Positions 12,217-23,830 of a stretch of DNA of 64,000 nucleotides are shown piece by piece (within the stretch, counting starts at the first letter, position 1; each line of letters begins with the position of its first letter). Source of the DNA: Cyanophora paradoxa CCMP329 (Eukaryota > Plantae > Glaucophyta); contig QPMI01000561.1 in the NCBI GenBank assembly GCA_004431415.1, positions 25,075 through 89,074 on the forward strand, given 5' to 3'. The notes below the pieces were generated by a model. It was given only the letters and a program-made list of their open reading frames with translations, did not search any database and was not told the DNA's origin. The position numbers were made by a program, and so were the translations under genes.

Positions 12217-13282
12217 CTATGCTAACCGCATGGCGAACTTCTTGTCGCCGGAGGTCGCCACGGGGACGCCACAGTGGTCGTGGTCGAGGTCACCCGCCCG
12301 CCCCGTCGGGACCTGCAGCACCGTGACCTGCGCACCGCCGGCCTGAGCGGCGGGCCGGGCCGGGCCGGGCGCCAGGGAGCGCCCGGGGCGGGGTCGGGCC
12401 TTGAGCGTGCTTGCGATGCACACGCCGAGGAGTATCGCGAAGACGTAAAAGAGATCCACCATCATCGCCTGCCCGCGGTCGCCGCGGTGAGAACCCGGCA
12501 GGGAAAGCGCGGCGCTCACGGGCCGGGGCCTGGGCCGGGCTGACCTGCATGTTGATGACCTGGGCATGAGAGCAGCGCGGTCAGTTGGGCTCGAAAAGCA
12601 ATATGCGCTCTAGATTATAGAAGCTGTCTGCCGTGAGCGGCGCTGCCGCGCGGCAGTGCTGTCCGAAGTCGAAGCGCCGCCGGCTCCGATCCGAACGCCG
12701 GCGGCGCCGTGCGGCGGAGCGAGGACGCACGTGCGGGATCACATAGGCCATGTCGAACAGGACGGTCCCAGAGCGGAAGCCGGCGCTCGTCTTGTCGAGG
12801 GCGGCGAGCTCGGTCGTTAGGCGGAGCCGCTTCACCAGGAACTCCGCGATCTGACGGGGCTGCGGTCAGCAAGCAGCTGCGGCGTGCTGAGTGCGGGGCG
12901 ACAGCAGTGCCTGGACGAGAACGGTGAACACAGCGAATCCGTAGTAGAAGGCCTGTGGTCAACGCGGTCAGCAGCGAGCGCGGCTCGGGACCGGCTCGAA
13001 CGCTTGAACACGCACATTGCTGTCCAGAGAGTAGCCGAAATACGTCGCGCTCTTGGGGCCGAATGCTGCGGCGGGTCGAGGCGATGTCAGCAGGCCGCCG
13101 CCCGTGCCGCGCTCATCCAACGAGACGCGCACCGAAGAACGAGGACACTGCGCCTTGTTGCGAGTGCGGGCACATTTGGGTGAAATTGATCCAGGCGACT
13201 CGCACGTATCCCCCCCTGGCAGCCGCAGCTGAGCCGAGCCGCCACTGAGCCGCGACTGAGCCGCCGCCGCACCCTCGAGCAT
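12217..13282 (-). CDS. Multi-exon membrane protein of unknown function
   Basis: Splice-compatible exons FGPKSATYFGYSLDSN / AFYYGFAVFTVLVQ / IAEFLVKRLRL...VLFDMAYVI / VINMQ / AMMVDLFYVFAILLGVCIASTLK; one junction unresolved. Confidence 0.5.
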
Positions 13283-13329
13283 GCGCAGTTCATCGAACGC
13301 GCGCGGCCGCGGGCCTCTCGAGCGCTGAG

Positions 13330-16300
13330 ATGTCGTCGGCACTGGACGAAGCGGCCGCTGCTGCTGCTGCCGCGGCGGCCACGGACTGGGTCGTCGTGTC
13401 CGGCGGCAGTGAGCTCGACGTGTGGAGCGCCGCGAGCCTCGAGGGCGCCCGCACTGCGTTTGTGGAGGCTGAGTTCGATGCGACGATAAGCGCGCTCGTC
13501 TCCTTGGCCATGGGCGCCTCGTCCTCCACGAGCGAGGCCGGTTTCTTCGCGGCAGCGTCCGAGCTGCGCCAGCTCAAAGCCCACGTCGTGCGCGCGGGCC
13601 GCGCATGCGCAGCGCTCTGCATCCGCCGGGAGCTCATGCGGTCGCCGCAGATGACCCTCACGCGCACTCTGGATGCAAGCGCCGCGAGGTCCGATTTGGG
13701 CCGAAACACGCGCGCTCTCCCTTCAGGGCCTTCACCCCCTCACGCCGCCTCGCAGCCCGAGGCGGCGGCGCGACGGGCGGCACCTCGGGAACGACGGCTT
13801 TGTCTCTGTGCTGACGCTGTGCATCAGCATGGCGCGTCGGATGAGAGCGGTATGGCAGTTTTGTTTCAGGAGTTTGTAGTTCTGGAGCCCTCGGCCCGCG
13901 ACGTTGCGGGCAGGCGGCGGAGCAGCTGGCCGAGAAGCGGCGGGGGATGATGCGGATCATGCTCGCGCTGGAGGAGAAGAAATTGGCGCGGCGCATCGGC
14001 ACGTACCGCGAGCAGCTCGGGGTCTTCGTCCAGGCGCGCCGGCCCGATCCCGCACCCGACCCGCCCCTCGAACGCCCTCCAACGCGGCCCGCCGGCAGAT
14101 GGCCGAGTGCGCGGGGATCATCGCGCGGGACGCGGGCCAGGGCGGTCTCTTCCTCGCCGAGGCGCGCGGCCCGTACCCCTCCCCGCGCCCCGTACCCCCC
14201 CCTGAGGCCGGCCGCCGGCGGCAGGAGAAGAAGCGGGAGCACGACATGCTCTCGCGCGTCGCGCGCATCTCCACGATCCCCTTCTTCGGCGAGGCGTTCG
14301 GCCTCCAGGCGCGCCCCCGGAACTCCGGGGAGGCTCTGGCCGGCTTGGGCTCATCCCCGTACCCCCCCTCGCAGTACGAGCCGCCCTTCCGCACGTTTCT
14401 TCGCGTCATCTTCCTCGCCTGCGCCTCCATGTTTGCTTGTCCCCCCGCAAACCTCCCGCAACCCTCACGCTCCCCAGATCGAGGACTGTACCCCTGGCGG
14501 GATCCATGCCCCTCGCGTCGGCGGCTGCCGTAGCGGCTGCCGCGGAGAGCGTCGACCCACCTCCGTGCGACCCAAGCTCGAGCCGCGCCGCGCCGCCGCG
14601 CCCCTCCTCCCTCCCCTGACGCGGCGGCAGGCCGGCCCCCGCGCGCTCCTCGAACCTCTTCACCTCGCTGTTCCAGCGCGTCTCGAACGACCTGGTGAGC
14701 GGGTGCCGTGCGCCTCGGGGCGCGCCCCGTGCGATGGGCGCCGCAGCTCGGCCCGAGGATCGACCTGCTGCAGAGCACCAAAGCCGTCATGCACGGTGCG
14801 CTGCCCGGCCGCGCCCCCAATCCCGTGCGCGTACCCCCGGCGAGATCCCCCGCACAGGCGCCCTCTTCAACATCTTCCCAGAGCAGGCGGCCGCCCAGGT
14901 GCATCCCACCCCGCGCTCCCGTACCCCTCGAGCCCCTGAATCCGTACCCCAGTTCGAGGAGGCGAAGGCCCGCGCCGACGTTGCTTTCATCCGAACGGTG
15001 CGGCGGGCCGATACTTACTCCCCCCCCGCCCCCCCCGGCTCCTCGAACGCGTACCCCAGTTCTGGAACATTACGGAGATGCCGCTCGTCCGCACCCTCTC
15101 CAAGCTGCCGCTCGTCCAGCTCGCGTGGTACCCCCCTCCGCCCCTGCCGCACCCCCGGGGCCGCCGGGCGCGATGGCGGGGTGCGCAGCATCGACTCGTT
15201 CTGCATCCGCCCGGGGCCCCTGCGGATCTGGGTCCGCGGCAGCGATGAGGAGCTCGTCCTCCAGCCGCCCTCCCTGCCCCCCTCCGTCGTCGCCGACGCC
15301 TCCGGTACCCCCCGGGCTCCCGGGCCCCCGGGGCCGCGATCGGCCACGGGGGCGCCTTTTTAACCCCGCCGCCAGGCGAGCCGATGCCGATCCGGGCGCT
15401 GTACCTGTGCGCGAACCCGCGCACCGCCCTCCTCCCCTCCGCCGCCCTCCTCGCCCCCTGCGCCTACCCCCCGCCCGCCCCGCCCGCCGTCCCCGTACCC
15501 CTCGGCGCCGTCGAGCTGCAGCCGATGGGCCGCTCCCTCGGGACCGAGCTCAGCCCCCTCCCCTCCCGCCCCGCGTACCCGGACGACGACGAGGGCGCCG
15601 AACCCGTACCCCCCACGGTGGCCGTGGAGGGGGAGGACGAGTGGGAGGAGGTCGTCGCGGTGGCCCCCGCGCCCCCGGGCCCCGGCTCGCCGCGCCCGCG
15701 GCCCCGCACCCCGCCCCCGGACCTCCACCGCCACCCCCCCGCCTCCCAGCAACACGTACCCCCCTCCACGCTGGCGGCGCTCGACCTGGAGGGGGCGACC
15801 CCGAGGCCGACGAGGCCCCGCCCCGTTCGCGGGGCACGGGCCGGCGCACCTCCCCCGCCCCCGCACCACGCCCACGCGGCGCGGCCGCCCCCGCGCGTGC
15901 AGTCGCTGCGGGGCTCGGCGCCGGCGGGGCCGGGGCAGCTCAGCGCCGGCCTCATCGTGCACCTCCACGGCGGCGGCTTCGTCGCCCAGACCTCCTGCTC
16001 CCACGAGGCCCGCCCCGCCCCGGCCCGGCCCCCCCCCGCCCCCCTCCTCTCCTCCCTTACGCCGCCGCAGGGCTACCTGCGGGAGTGGGCGAAGGACACC
16101 GACGCGCCGATCGTCTCCGTGCGCCCCCCTCCCCCGGCCCCGCTCCCGCACGGCGCACCCCTCCCGCGACGCCCCGGCCGCGCAGATCGACTACCGGCTG
16201 GCCCCCGAGCACCCCTTCCCCGTGCCCTTCGAGGAGGCGCCCCGCTCGCTCCCTCCCCGCGCCCCAACGCCCCCGCAAGCTGACAGAGGCCCCGCCAGTG

Positions 16301-17329
16301 CTACTACGCCTACACGTGGGCCCTCCAGAACTGCCGCCTCCTCGGTACCCCTGCTCCCCTCATTCTCGTCCCGCCCGTGATTTCCTGCACCCGCAGGATC
16401 GACGGGGGAGCGCGTGGCGCTGGTGGGCGACTCGGCGGGGGGTAACCTCGCCGCCGCCATCGCCCTCCGGGTCGGCGTACCCCGCCCGGACCGCTTCCCG
16501 CCCTCTTACCCGCGCCCGCGCCCAGTGCGCCCAGGAGGGCACGCGGGGGCCGGACGGTCTTGTGCTCGTGTACCCCGCCCTGTACCTCTCGGACGCTGTC
16601 CGTATACCCCCTCCCCGATCCGCGCGCCGGCTCTGACGGGGGCGGCAGCCCTCCCCCTCGCGCCTGCTCTCCGTTATCGACCCCATGATCCCCACCAGCT
16701 TCCTCGTACCCCCCTCGCCCTCGCGCGCCCGCCCGTACCCCGCGCCAATCTCGTACCCCCGCAGCTGCGCTGCCTGCACTCCTACGTGCCCCCCGGGGTC
16801 GACCCCCTCTCCTCCCCCTTCCTCTCCCCCGCCGGTCAGGCGCCTTCCCCCCTAGCCTCTTCCCCCCTCTCACTTCGCACCCCTCCAGTCGCCCCCGACG
16901 AGCTTCTCGCGAAGCTGCCTCCCGTCTACGTCACCGCCGGTACCCCCCGTCCCGCGCGGACCCGGACCCGTTCCCCCACCCACTCCGGGGTACAGGCACG
17001 CTCGACCCTCTGCTGGACGATGCCGTATATTTTGTCCGCCGGCTGCGGGCCCTTTCCCGCAAGGTCTGCTGCCACCGTACCCCTCCCAATCCCCTCCGTT
17101 TCGACCCTGTACCCCCGCAGGTCCGCTTCAAGATCTGGTACGGCTTTCCGCACGGGTTCGTGCGCGGGCCGCGGCGCTCGCTCCGCCCCTCCCGGGCGCC
17201 TGCTGAGCCGCTGGGCCGGGTGGCAGCTTCCTGAACATGGGCCTGGCGGTGCCGGCGACGCGGGCGGCGATCAAGCAGTGCTCGTATTGGCTCAAGGAGG
17301 TCCTCCGCGTCCACATCCGCCTCCCGTAG
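13330..17329 (+). CDS. Hormone-sensitive lipase (LIPE-like, HSL_N plus alpha/beta hydrolase), multi-exon
   Basis: HLHGGGFVAQTS oxyanion motif, DYRLAPEHPFP, GDSAGGNL nucleophile, LDPLLDD, HGF; the N-terminal FFGEAFGLQY resembles HSL_N. Confidence 0.87.
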
Positions 17330-17419
17330 CGCCGCCTGCCAGGCCGGCACTCGCGCGCCTTCAACAGAGTCGCGCTGATTGTGAGCTTTCCGAACGCCGG
17401 GGCCGCCGGGCCGGGGGGC

Positions 17420-17700
17420 GCAGGGGCGCTGCATGCGCATATGCATATGCCGAGCTAGCGCCGCGCGTGCCGCGGCCGCAGTGCGGGTCCGCGAATCTGG
17501 GCCGGGCGTACCGCAGCTCAGCGGCTGCTAGCTACGAGTCTGCAGCTAGCGCGAGCATTCCCCTGAGGCTGCAGGGGCGCTGCGCATGCGGGTCCGCGAA
17601 TCTGGTCGTATAACGTTGCGTGCTGCGAGTCTGCAGCTAGCGCTGCACATTCCAGCTCGTTGCGCCGGCCATGGTTGGAGCTGTGCATGCGCATATGCAT
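17420..17700. repeat. Imperfect local duplication between HSL and legumain
   Basis: TGCGGGTCCGCGAATCTGG, CGAGTCTGCAGCTAGCGC and GCATGCGCATATGCAT each occur twice. Confidence 0.55.
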
Positions 17701-17748
17701 GAGCGTGCTGCGTGCAGCGTGCAGTCAAAAGGGGTACAATCAAATACG

Positions 17749-20299
17749 ATGCGGCTGCTCGGCGTCCTCCTCCTGCTCGCGGCGGCGCATGCGGCGGTCG
17801 GAATCGGTCTGCGCGGCGACGCCGGAGGCTCGCCGCTCTGGCCTCCGCCGTCGTACACGAATGAACGGGGCTCGTACAAGAGCGCGGGCGGAGAGCCCGC
17901 GTACAAGCGGGCGGAGAGCGCGGCGGTTCCACAGAACTGGGCAGTTCTCGTCGCCGGGAGCCGCGGCTGGTGGAACTACAGGCACCAAGCGGACGTGTCT
18001 CACGCCTATCAGATCCTTCACAAAATGGGCTTCCCTGGTGAGCTTCTGACGGTGTAGTGGGCGCTCTGTGCGCGCGCAACCGCCTGACGTATGCGGCTCA
18101 GACTCCAACATCATCACCGTGAGAACCTGTGATTTCCCGCTTCGTACGCGCAGCGCAGAGAGCCCAAAAGTCTCTTGCAGATGATGTACGACGACTTGGC
18201 ATGGAATCCCCAGGCGAGCAGCGCGTTCTCGCGGGTGGCGCGCGCTAGCACTGATCGATCGGCGGCCCGCGGCCGCGGCCGCGTCCGCAGAATCCTTTCC
18301 CGGGCAACATCATCAACCAGGCGCGCTCGTTTCGAGCACGGCTTGTTCTTTCTCGTGCCTGACGCACGGGTCTTCTTCCGTGTACGTGCGTGCAGCCTGG
18401 CGGCAAGAACGTCTACGTCCGCCCGGATTACGGGAACGACAGCGTCTCTGCGGACAACCTCTTCGCCGTCCTGCGGGGCCGTGCGGACAGGATCCGGGAC
18501 TGGAACGGGGACGGGAAGCCCAAGGTCCTGCGCTCGGGACCCATGGACCGCGTCCTCGTCTACTTCAGGTGCCCGCCCCGCACGCGCGCGGGGCGCCGCT
18601 TTCGCGCGCGGGGCGCCGCTGACGCGTCCCCGCAGCGACCACGGCGCCGTCGGGATGATCGCCATGCCGGATGGCAGCCTCGTCTTCGCGAAGGCGTGCC
18701 GGATCGAATCCGAGCCGAGGCCGCCTCCGCCAGCGCTGATCGCGGGGCGGGGGCGCGCGCGCGCAGGACCTGGTGGACCTCCTGCTCGACATGTACCGCA
18801 AGCGGCGCTTCCGCGAGCTCGTCTTCTACATGGAGGCCTGCGAGTCCGGCTCCATGTTCGAGGCGCGCCCGCGCCGCGCGGCCGACCTCGGTCTCGCTCG
18901 GGCCCGGAGCCGAGCGCCGCGCCGCGCCGCAGGACCTGCTCCCGGACAACGCGCGCATCTTCGCCACGACGTGCGCCCGGCGGCGCCCTCCCCGCCGCGG
19001 CGCCGGGGGGCCGGGCGTCGACGCGCGGCGCGCAGGGCGGCGAACGCGCAGGAGAGCTCCTACGCGTGCTACTTCGACGACGCGCGGGGCACGTACCTCG
19101 GCGACCTCTACTCCGTCTCCTGGCTCGAGGTGCGGGCCCCGCCGCCGCCGCTCCCGGTGCGGCCCCGCGAGCGGGCGCGGGGCAGAACACGGAGGCGACG
19201 GCGCCCGAGTGCGAGACCCTCGAGCAGCAGTTCAAGGCCGTGCGCAACCTCACCAGATCGAGGTGCCCCGCCGGGCCCTCCGCCGAGACCTCGGGCGCGG
19301 GGTCTGACGGGGCGGGGCGGGCGGGGCGGGGCGGGGCGGGCAGCCACGTGATGCAGTTCGGGGACCTGGACGTCGCGCGCCAGCCCCTCTCCAACTACAT
19401 GGCCTTCCTCCACGAGACGGGGCCCCTACCCGCGGCCGCCGCCGCCTCCAAGCCGGGGCCCTTCCGCCCGCCCCCGAACCCCTGCCCGTGCGCGGCCCCT
19501 GGCCGCCCGCCGCCGTCCCTCCGAGCCGGCTCGATCGCTGCGCCGCGGCAGGCCTCCGGAGGCCGGAGGGGCGGGGGCCCACCCGGCCGCCGCCGACGCG
19601 TCAGCGCCCGGGACGCGCCCCTCGAGGTGCCCTCGCCCGCCGCGCGCCCGCCCGCGTCCGCCGACTGCGCGCGCGCCTGCAGGCGATGGTCCGGGCCTCG
19701 GCGCGCCTCCCCAACGGCCTGCAGCGGGTGCCCTTCCCACCAACCCTCACCGGGCGCTACCGGCCGCCCCGGCTCCTCTGATCCCCGCCGGCTCAGATGG
19801 CGGCGGCGAGCGAGGCGCGCGCGGAGGTGCAGCGACGGCGCCGGGCGGACGCTCTGTTCGCTGCCATCGGCGAGCGCGCGGCGGCGGCGGCCGGCGGCGG
19901 CGCCTCGCTCGCGGAGCGGCCGCTGCGGGGCGGGCGGCCGCCGCGCGACTGGCGCTGCTACAAGCACGCCGTGCGCGAGTACGTGCGCGCCTGCGGGGCC
20001 GCCGTGCCCCTCGCCGAGTACGCCCTCAAGGTCTGCCCCCGCCCCGCCCCGCCTCCCAAATCCACTCTAGGCCTGGATCTACATGCGGTCCTCTAGACCG
20101 TCACGGCGTCGGGGAGCCCGGCGGGGCGCGGGGCTCGCGCGGGGCTAGCTCACGCGGGGCGGGGCGGGGGCAGTACGCGTACGTGCTGGCGAACTTCTGC
20201 GAGGCGGGGCTCGGCCGCGAGGCCGCGCGCGAGGTCCTCGCCGGCGTCTGCGGCGCGGAGGCCGCCCCCGGCCCGCCCCTCGACCCCGAGCTCTCCTAG
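17749..20299 (+). CDS. Legumain / vacuolar processing enzyme (peptidase C13), multi-exon
   Basis: Signal peptide [15 protein letters not shown]; [35 protein letters not shown], catalytic DHG and [30 protein letters not shown]. Confidence 0.93.
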
Positions 20300-20713
20300 G
20301 CCAGCCCGCGCCCGGCGGCCTGCCGCGCGCCCTGCAGCCGGCGCCGGCGCCCCCGCGGCCGCCCCGGCGCCCGGCCCGCCCGCATCATCGATATCGCGGC
20401 ATCTGCGTGCGGTATCGCATGCGCACGGTATGCGTGCGGCGCGCGCGTCCACGCGTACGGCCGCACGCGATGGAGCCTATATATGTATAGCTATATATAC
20501 CTACAAGAAATGCGCTACAATACGTGTACCCTCCCCACGTCACAGTGTGTACCCTCGCCACGAAAAATCCAGTTACCCCTATTTTGGAGCTCTTTTTGGA
20601 CTCCATTTATATATATTGCATATATTGCATCATTTTTGCAATTGGACTCGGGAGTCGGGACTCCGGGATCCCGAGTCCGGGAGTCCGGGATATCGATGGC
20701 CATGGCCCATGGC

Positions 20714-21047
20714 TAGGGGTGAGTATCGAGTCCACTGGTCGTATTGCTCGACTCGACTCGGTACCCGGTCGAATTGCTCGGACTCGGCTCGAGTCCGGGT
20801 AGAGTCGGAGGACTCGAGTCCCGGGATCGAATCCGGGGGGGGGCTAGAAGGGGCGTTTTGGGGTACTCGCACTCCTGGTTTCCTTGGCCCCCCCAGTTCG
20901 CGGATTCGCCCCCCCGAACTCGAGTCCAAGACTCGAGTCCTGGGGAATCGAACCCGACTCGAGTCGGATGCCCGAATTGCTCGGACTCGCTACCCGGTGG
21001 GTTTGCTCGAGTCGACTCGAGTCGGACTCGGACTCGGTGCACCCCTA
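20714..21047. mobile_element. Non-autonomous hAT-type MITE (334 bp)
   Basis: Termini TAGGGGTG...CACCCCTA; 8-bp TSD CCCATGGC at 20706-20713 and 21048-21055; many subterminal GACTCG/CGAGTC repeats. Confidence 0.87.
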
Positions 21048-21092
21048 CCCATGGCCATGGCCAATCATTTGAATGGCCATATGGCCCGCCGC

Positions 21093-21154
21093 TAGGGTTG
21101 CCACTTACGGCGTAAGTCCCCCAAAAGGTCACCCGGGTGACCGTCGGACCCGGC
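21093..21154. mobile_element. Left end of a hAT-type element (TIR TAGGGTTGCCACTTACG), truncated by rearrangement
   Basis: 17-bp terminus identical to the one at 22852; its 8-bp flank CCCGCCGC is the reverse complement of the flank at 22844-22851. Confidence 0.65.
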
Positions 21155-21206
21155 GCGGCGGCGCCGGCTGCTCTGCGCGGCACTTGTCGGGCCCGCCGCC
21201 CGGGTA

Positions 21207-21953
21207 CTGTAAACGTACGAATATATATCCGCCAGTACTGTAGGATGGCTTAAGCTTAAATTGCCGTGTAGTTAATTTTATAAATTGCCGAATTCGGCCA
21301 AAACCGGAATTAATTGCCGTACGTGGCGATAAATTGCAGAAACTCTGGATTTTTTCTATGGCGCCATACAAAAGCGGCTATTTTGCTCTACCCCCCGAGA
21401 ATTGCCGCGGCTCTAAATTGCCGAATTTGGCGTCTATAGATCTAGCTCGAGATCTAGAATTTGGCGCAAATTGCCGAATTTGGCGTCTAGAATATTAAGC
21501 CTTTGTGTGGATCCCGGAGAGATCTAGATTCTAGAGGGGTCTCAGACTCTCAGGCTCTCAGCTGCTGATCTCTATATATATATTATATAGCGAATTCGAA
21601 GTCGCCGGGCGGCGAAATATCAATCAATTTAAGATGCTGACGGATTATATATAATTTTCGCCAGGATTACCGCGGGCGTTGCAATTGGCGAATTAAAGTG
21701 CCGTGGATATTAATTCGTACGTTTACGTACGTACGAATATATATTGTATGACGAATATATTTGATACTCTTTGACGAATATTTGATAATCTTGAGCGGAA
21801 ATTTTGTATGGAGTGGGGTACTAACGGCTGACCCGTCTATGGCGCCGGCGGAGTCGCGGGGCCGACGAAAATATGATGCCGTCGAACCATATATTTTCAC
21901 GATTTTCGGGTTTTGTCGAAATTAAGTCTCGACGAACATTTCTACGTTTACAG
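21207..21953. mobile_element. TA-flanked MITE (Tc1/mariner/pogo-like)
   Basis: TA|CTGTAAACGTA ... TACGTTTACAG|TA: 11-bp perfect TIR with TA duplication; AT-rich interior with AAATTGCCG and GACGAA repeats. Confidence 0.6.
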
Positions 21954-22052
21954 TACGCCGTCGCACACAGCACTACCTATCCTGCGATTCGTATCCAGTA
22001 CCCCACCGTATGTAAAAAAACCATCAGCAACAGTGCAACGTTAACTTCGATA

Positions 22053-22576
22053 CTGGAGAACCAGCTGCAGAAATATTTAGTACGTGGGCTGCATATTTAT
22101 AGTACAAAAAGTTTTTGAGCGAAGTAACAAAGTTTTATCGCTCATGATCACTAGAGAGGCGGGGAGGGGGGGTACCGTTCGAAAAGGCCTTTAGCGCGGG
22201 AAAGCATGCCGGCGCCGCCCAAGCGTGTAGGCTACGGTGTAGCTAAGCGCCAGGCGTCGCCGCCGAGCTCCAGCGATGAAAGGCCGTCCAGCCGAGCAGC
22301 CACACCGCGCTGGAACCCCGAGCTCGAGGAGATCTGAGCTCGATCGCGAGCAGCTAGGGCTATAGCTAGCGCTAGCGGTTTCTCGACTTGTACAGTAACG
22401 TAACATTGACAGCAGCGATCTGCAGCGGCGGGGGCGGGGGGGGGCGGGGGGGGGCCTCCGCTGACGCCCCCTAGGGAGCGGTTTGGCCGGACCTACCAAA
22501 TATTTCCCGCCCACTAAAATGTCCAAAATCGCGAAGTACTAATTATTTTCCTGTACTAAATTAACCAGTTCTACAG
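22053..22576. mobile_element. Possible degenerate TA-flanked MITE
   Basis: TA|CTGGAGAACC ... AGTTCTACAG|TA (8/10 TIR match) plus an ATTTAGTAC/GTACTAAAT subterminal pair. Confidence 0.35.
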
Positions 22577-22851
22577 TATTCTGCAAGCCGACCCGGCCGT
22601 CCCAGGCTGCCAGCTGCAGGGCCAATCAAAAAGTTTAGGGCCGTCCGAGTCCGCGACTCGGCGAGGTCGGCCAATCGAACGGACCGTCGACGTCCGCCGC
22701 GCGGTCCGCGTCATGAATTTCGAATCGATATCGGACTCGAGCTCATGATCATGAATTGAATCTCCTGTACCGGTCCGGTACCGTACCGGTACCGCGCGGC
22801 GCGCGGCGCGCCGGCGCCGCGCGCGCGCGCGGGCCGCGGCGCCGCGGCGGG

Positions 22852-23830
22852 TAGGGTTGCCACTTACGACCAGTGAAGGAAAAATTTCACTTTCCAAACT
22901 TTCAACTTGAAAATTTTCATGTAAATTTTCAGAAAATTTTCACTGCCAAAAAGAGCCATGAAAACTTTTAATATATTTGCAAAGGGGGTACTTCTGAAGC
23001 TGCTGTTCTGGGGGTGTTTGACGCCGAAAATGAGGGTCAAATACGCCAGAATACGAGATAGTTGAAGGCCACACAGCTCTTGCGGTCTCAGATGTTGTTG
23101 AGGGACCGGGAAAGGCACCCCTAAGGAACCGTACCCCCTTTCTTCAACCTGAAAAGAACGGCAAAGGCGCATGAAATGACATTTAGAGGTCGCGTATGAC
23201 ATTGCAAAGCATAGCGCTTCTGTTTAGACGCTTGTTTGGAGCGAGATGTGTATCACTTTTGCTGTGCAAGTAAACTTTGTATGGTGAAAATATTTGCTGA
23301 AAGTTTTCGAAAGTTTACTGAAAGTTTTCAGGGTCCCTTTGGAATAATAAAATTTCACAAACACTGCTTACGACTTACAGACTTACGCGTAAGTCCGTAA
23401 GTGTAAGTGGCGACTTACACTTACGGGCCCCCGAAATGGGACTTACGGCCGTAAGTCGTAAGTCCCCATGGGGATACCCCCTACGAGCAGCAAAAAGACC
23501 GTAGATTTGTGTTAAAATCGATCTAAATCGAGTAAATTTGCACATCTTACACATGAAGACGTGCTTTTAGGCCTCTGAAAGGGGTGAGAGCCACTGAGAG
23601 GACGCCTGAACGGGCCTCCGGTGGTCATGATGTCTATCTGGGATGGCACTTTTACTGCCCAAACAAGCCCCATTCCTTCCCAAACACACAGAAAAAGACT
23701 GAAGACAATCTATCTCGCAGATTGAGACGAGTTTTCTGTGGTTTCTGGCCGACTTACGGCCGACTTACGGCGGACTTACGACTTACACTTACACTTACAC
23801 TTACACTTACGGCGGGTTTTGGGCCGGGTC
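22852..23830. mobile_element. Body and second end of the ACTTAC-repeat hAT-type element (inverted)
   Basis: TAGGGTTGCCACTTACG terminus followed by dense ACTTAC/GTAAGT subterminal repeats (23367-23465, 23750-23812). Confidence 0.65.
22871..23366. mobile_element. hAT-type MITE (496 bp) nested in the ACTTAC element
   Basis: CAGTG...CACTG termini; exact 8-bp TSD CTTACGAC at 22863-22870 and 23367-23374; AT-rich interior. Confidence 0.82.

Noticed and set aside
67-20070. Very long Arg/Pro/Gly/Ala-rich ORFs in the track (e.g. 67-2715, 237-2885, 4633-6705, 14708-16636)
   Set aside because: Stop-poor artefacts of extreme GC content; the real genes are spliced and often lie on the other strand or frame.
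21238-22576. Alternative MITE pairing TA|CTGTAGGATGG with ...TTCTACAG|TA
   Set aside because: It would interleave with, rather than nest in, the better-supported 21207-21953 element, and the TIR match is weak.
23367-23812. ACTTAC repeat arrays as CRISPR or telomeric repeats
   Set aside because: Hexamer subterminal repeats of a hAT-type element; no constant repeat-spacer periodicity and no cas genes.
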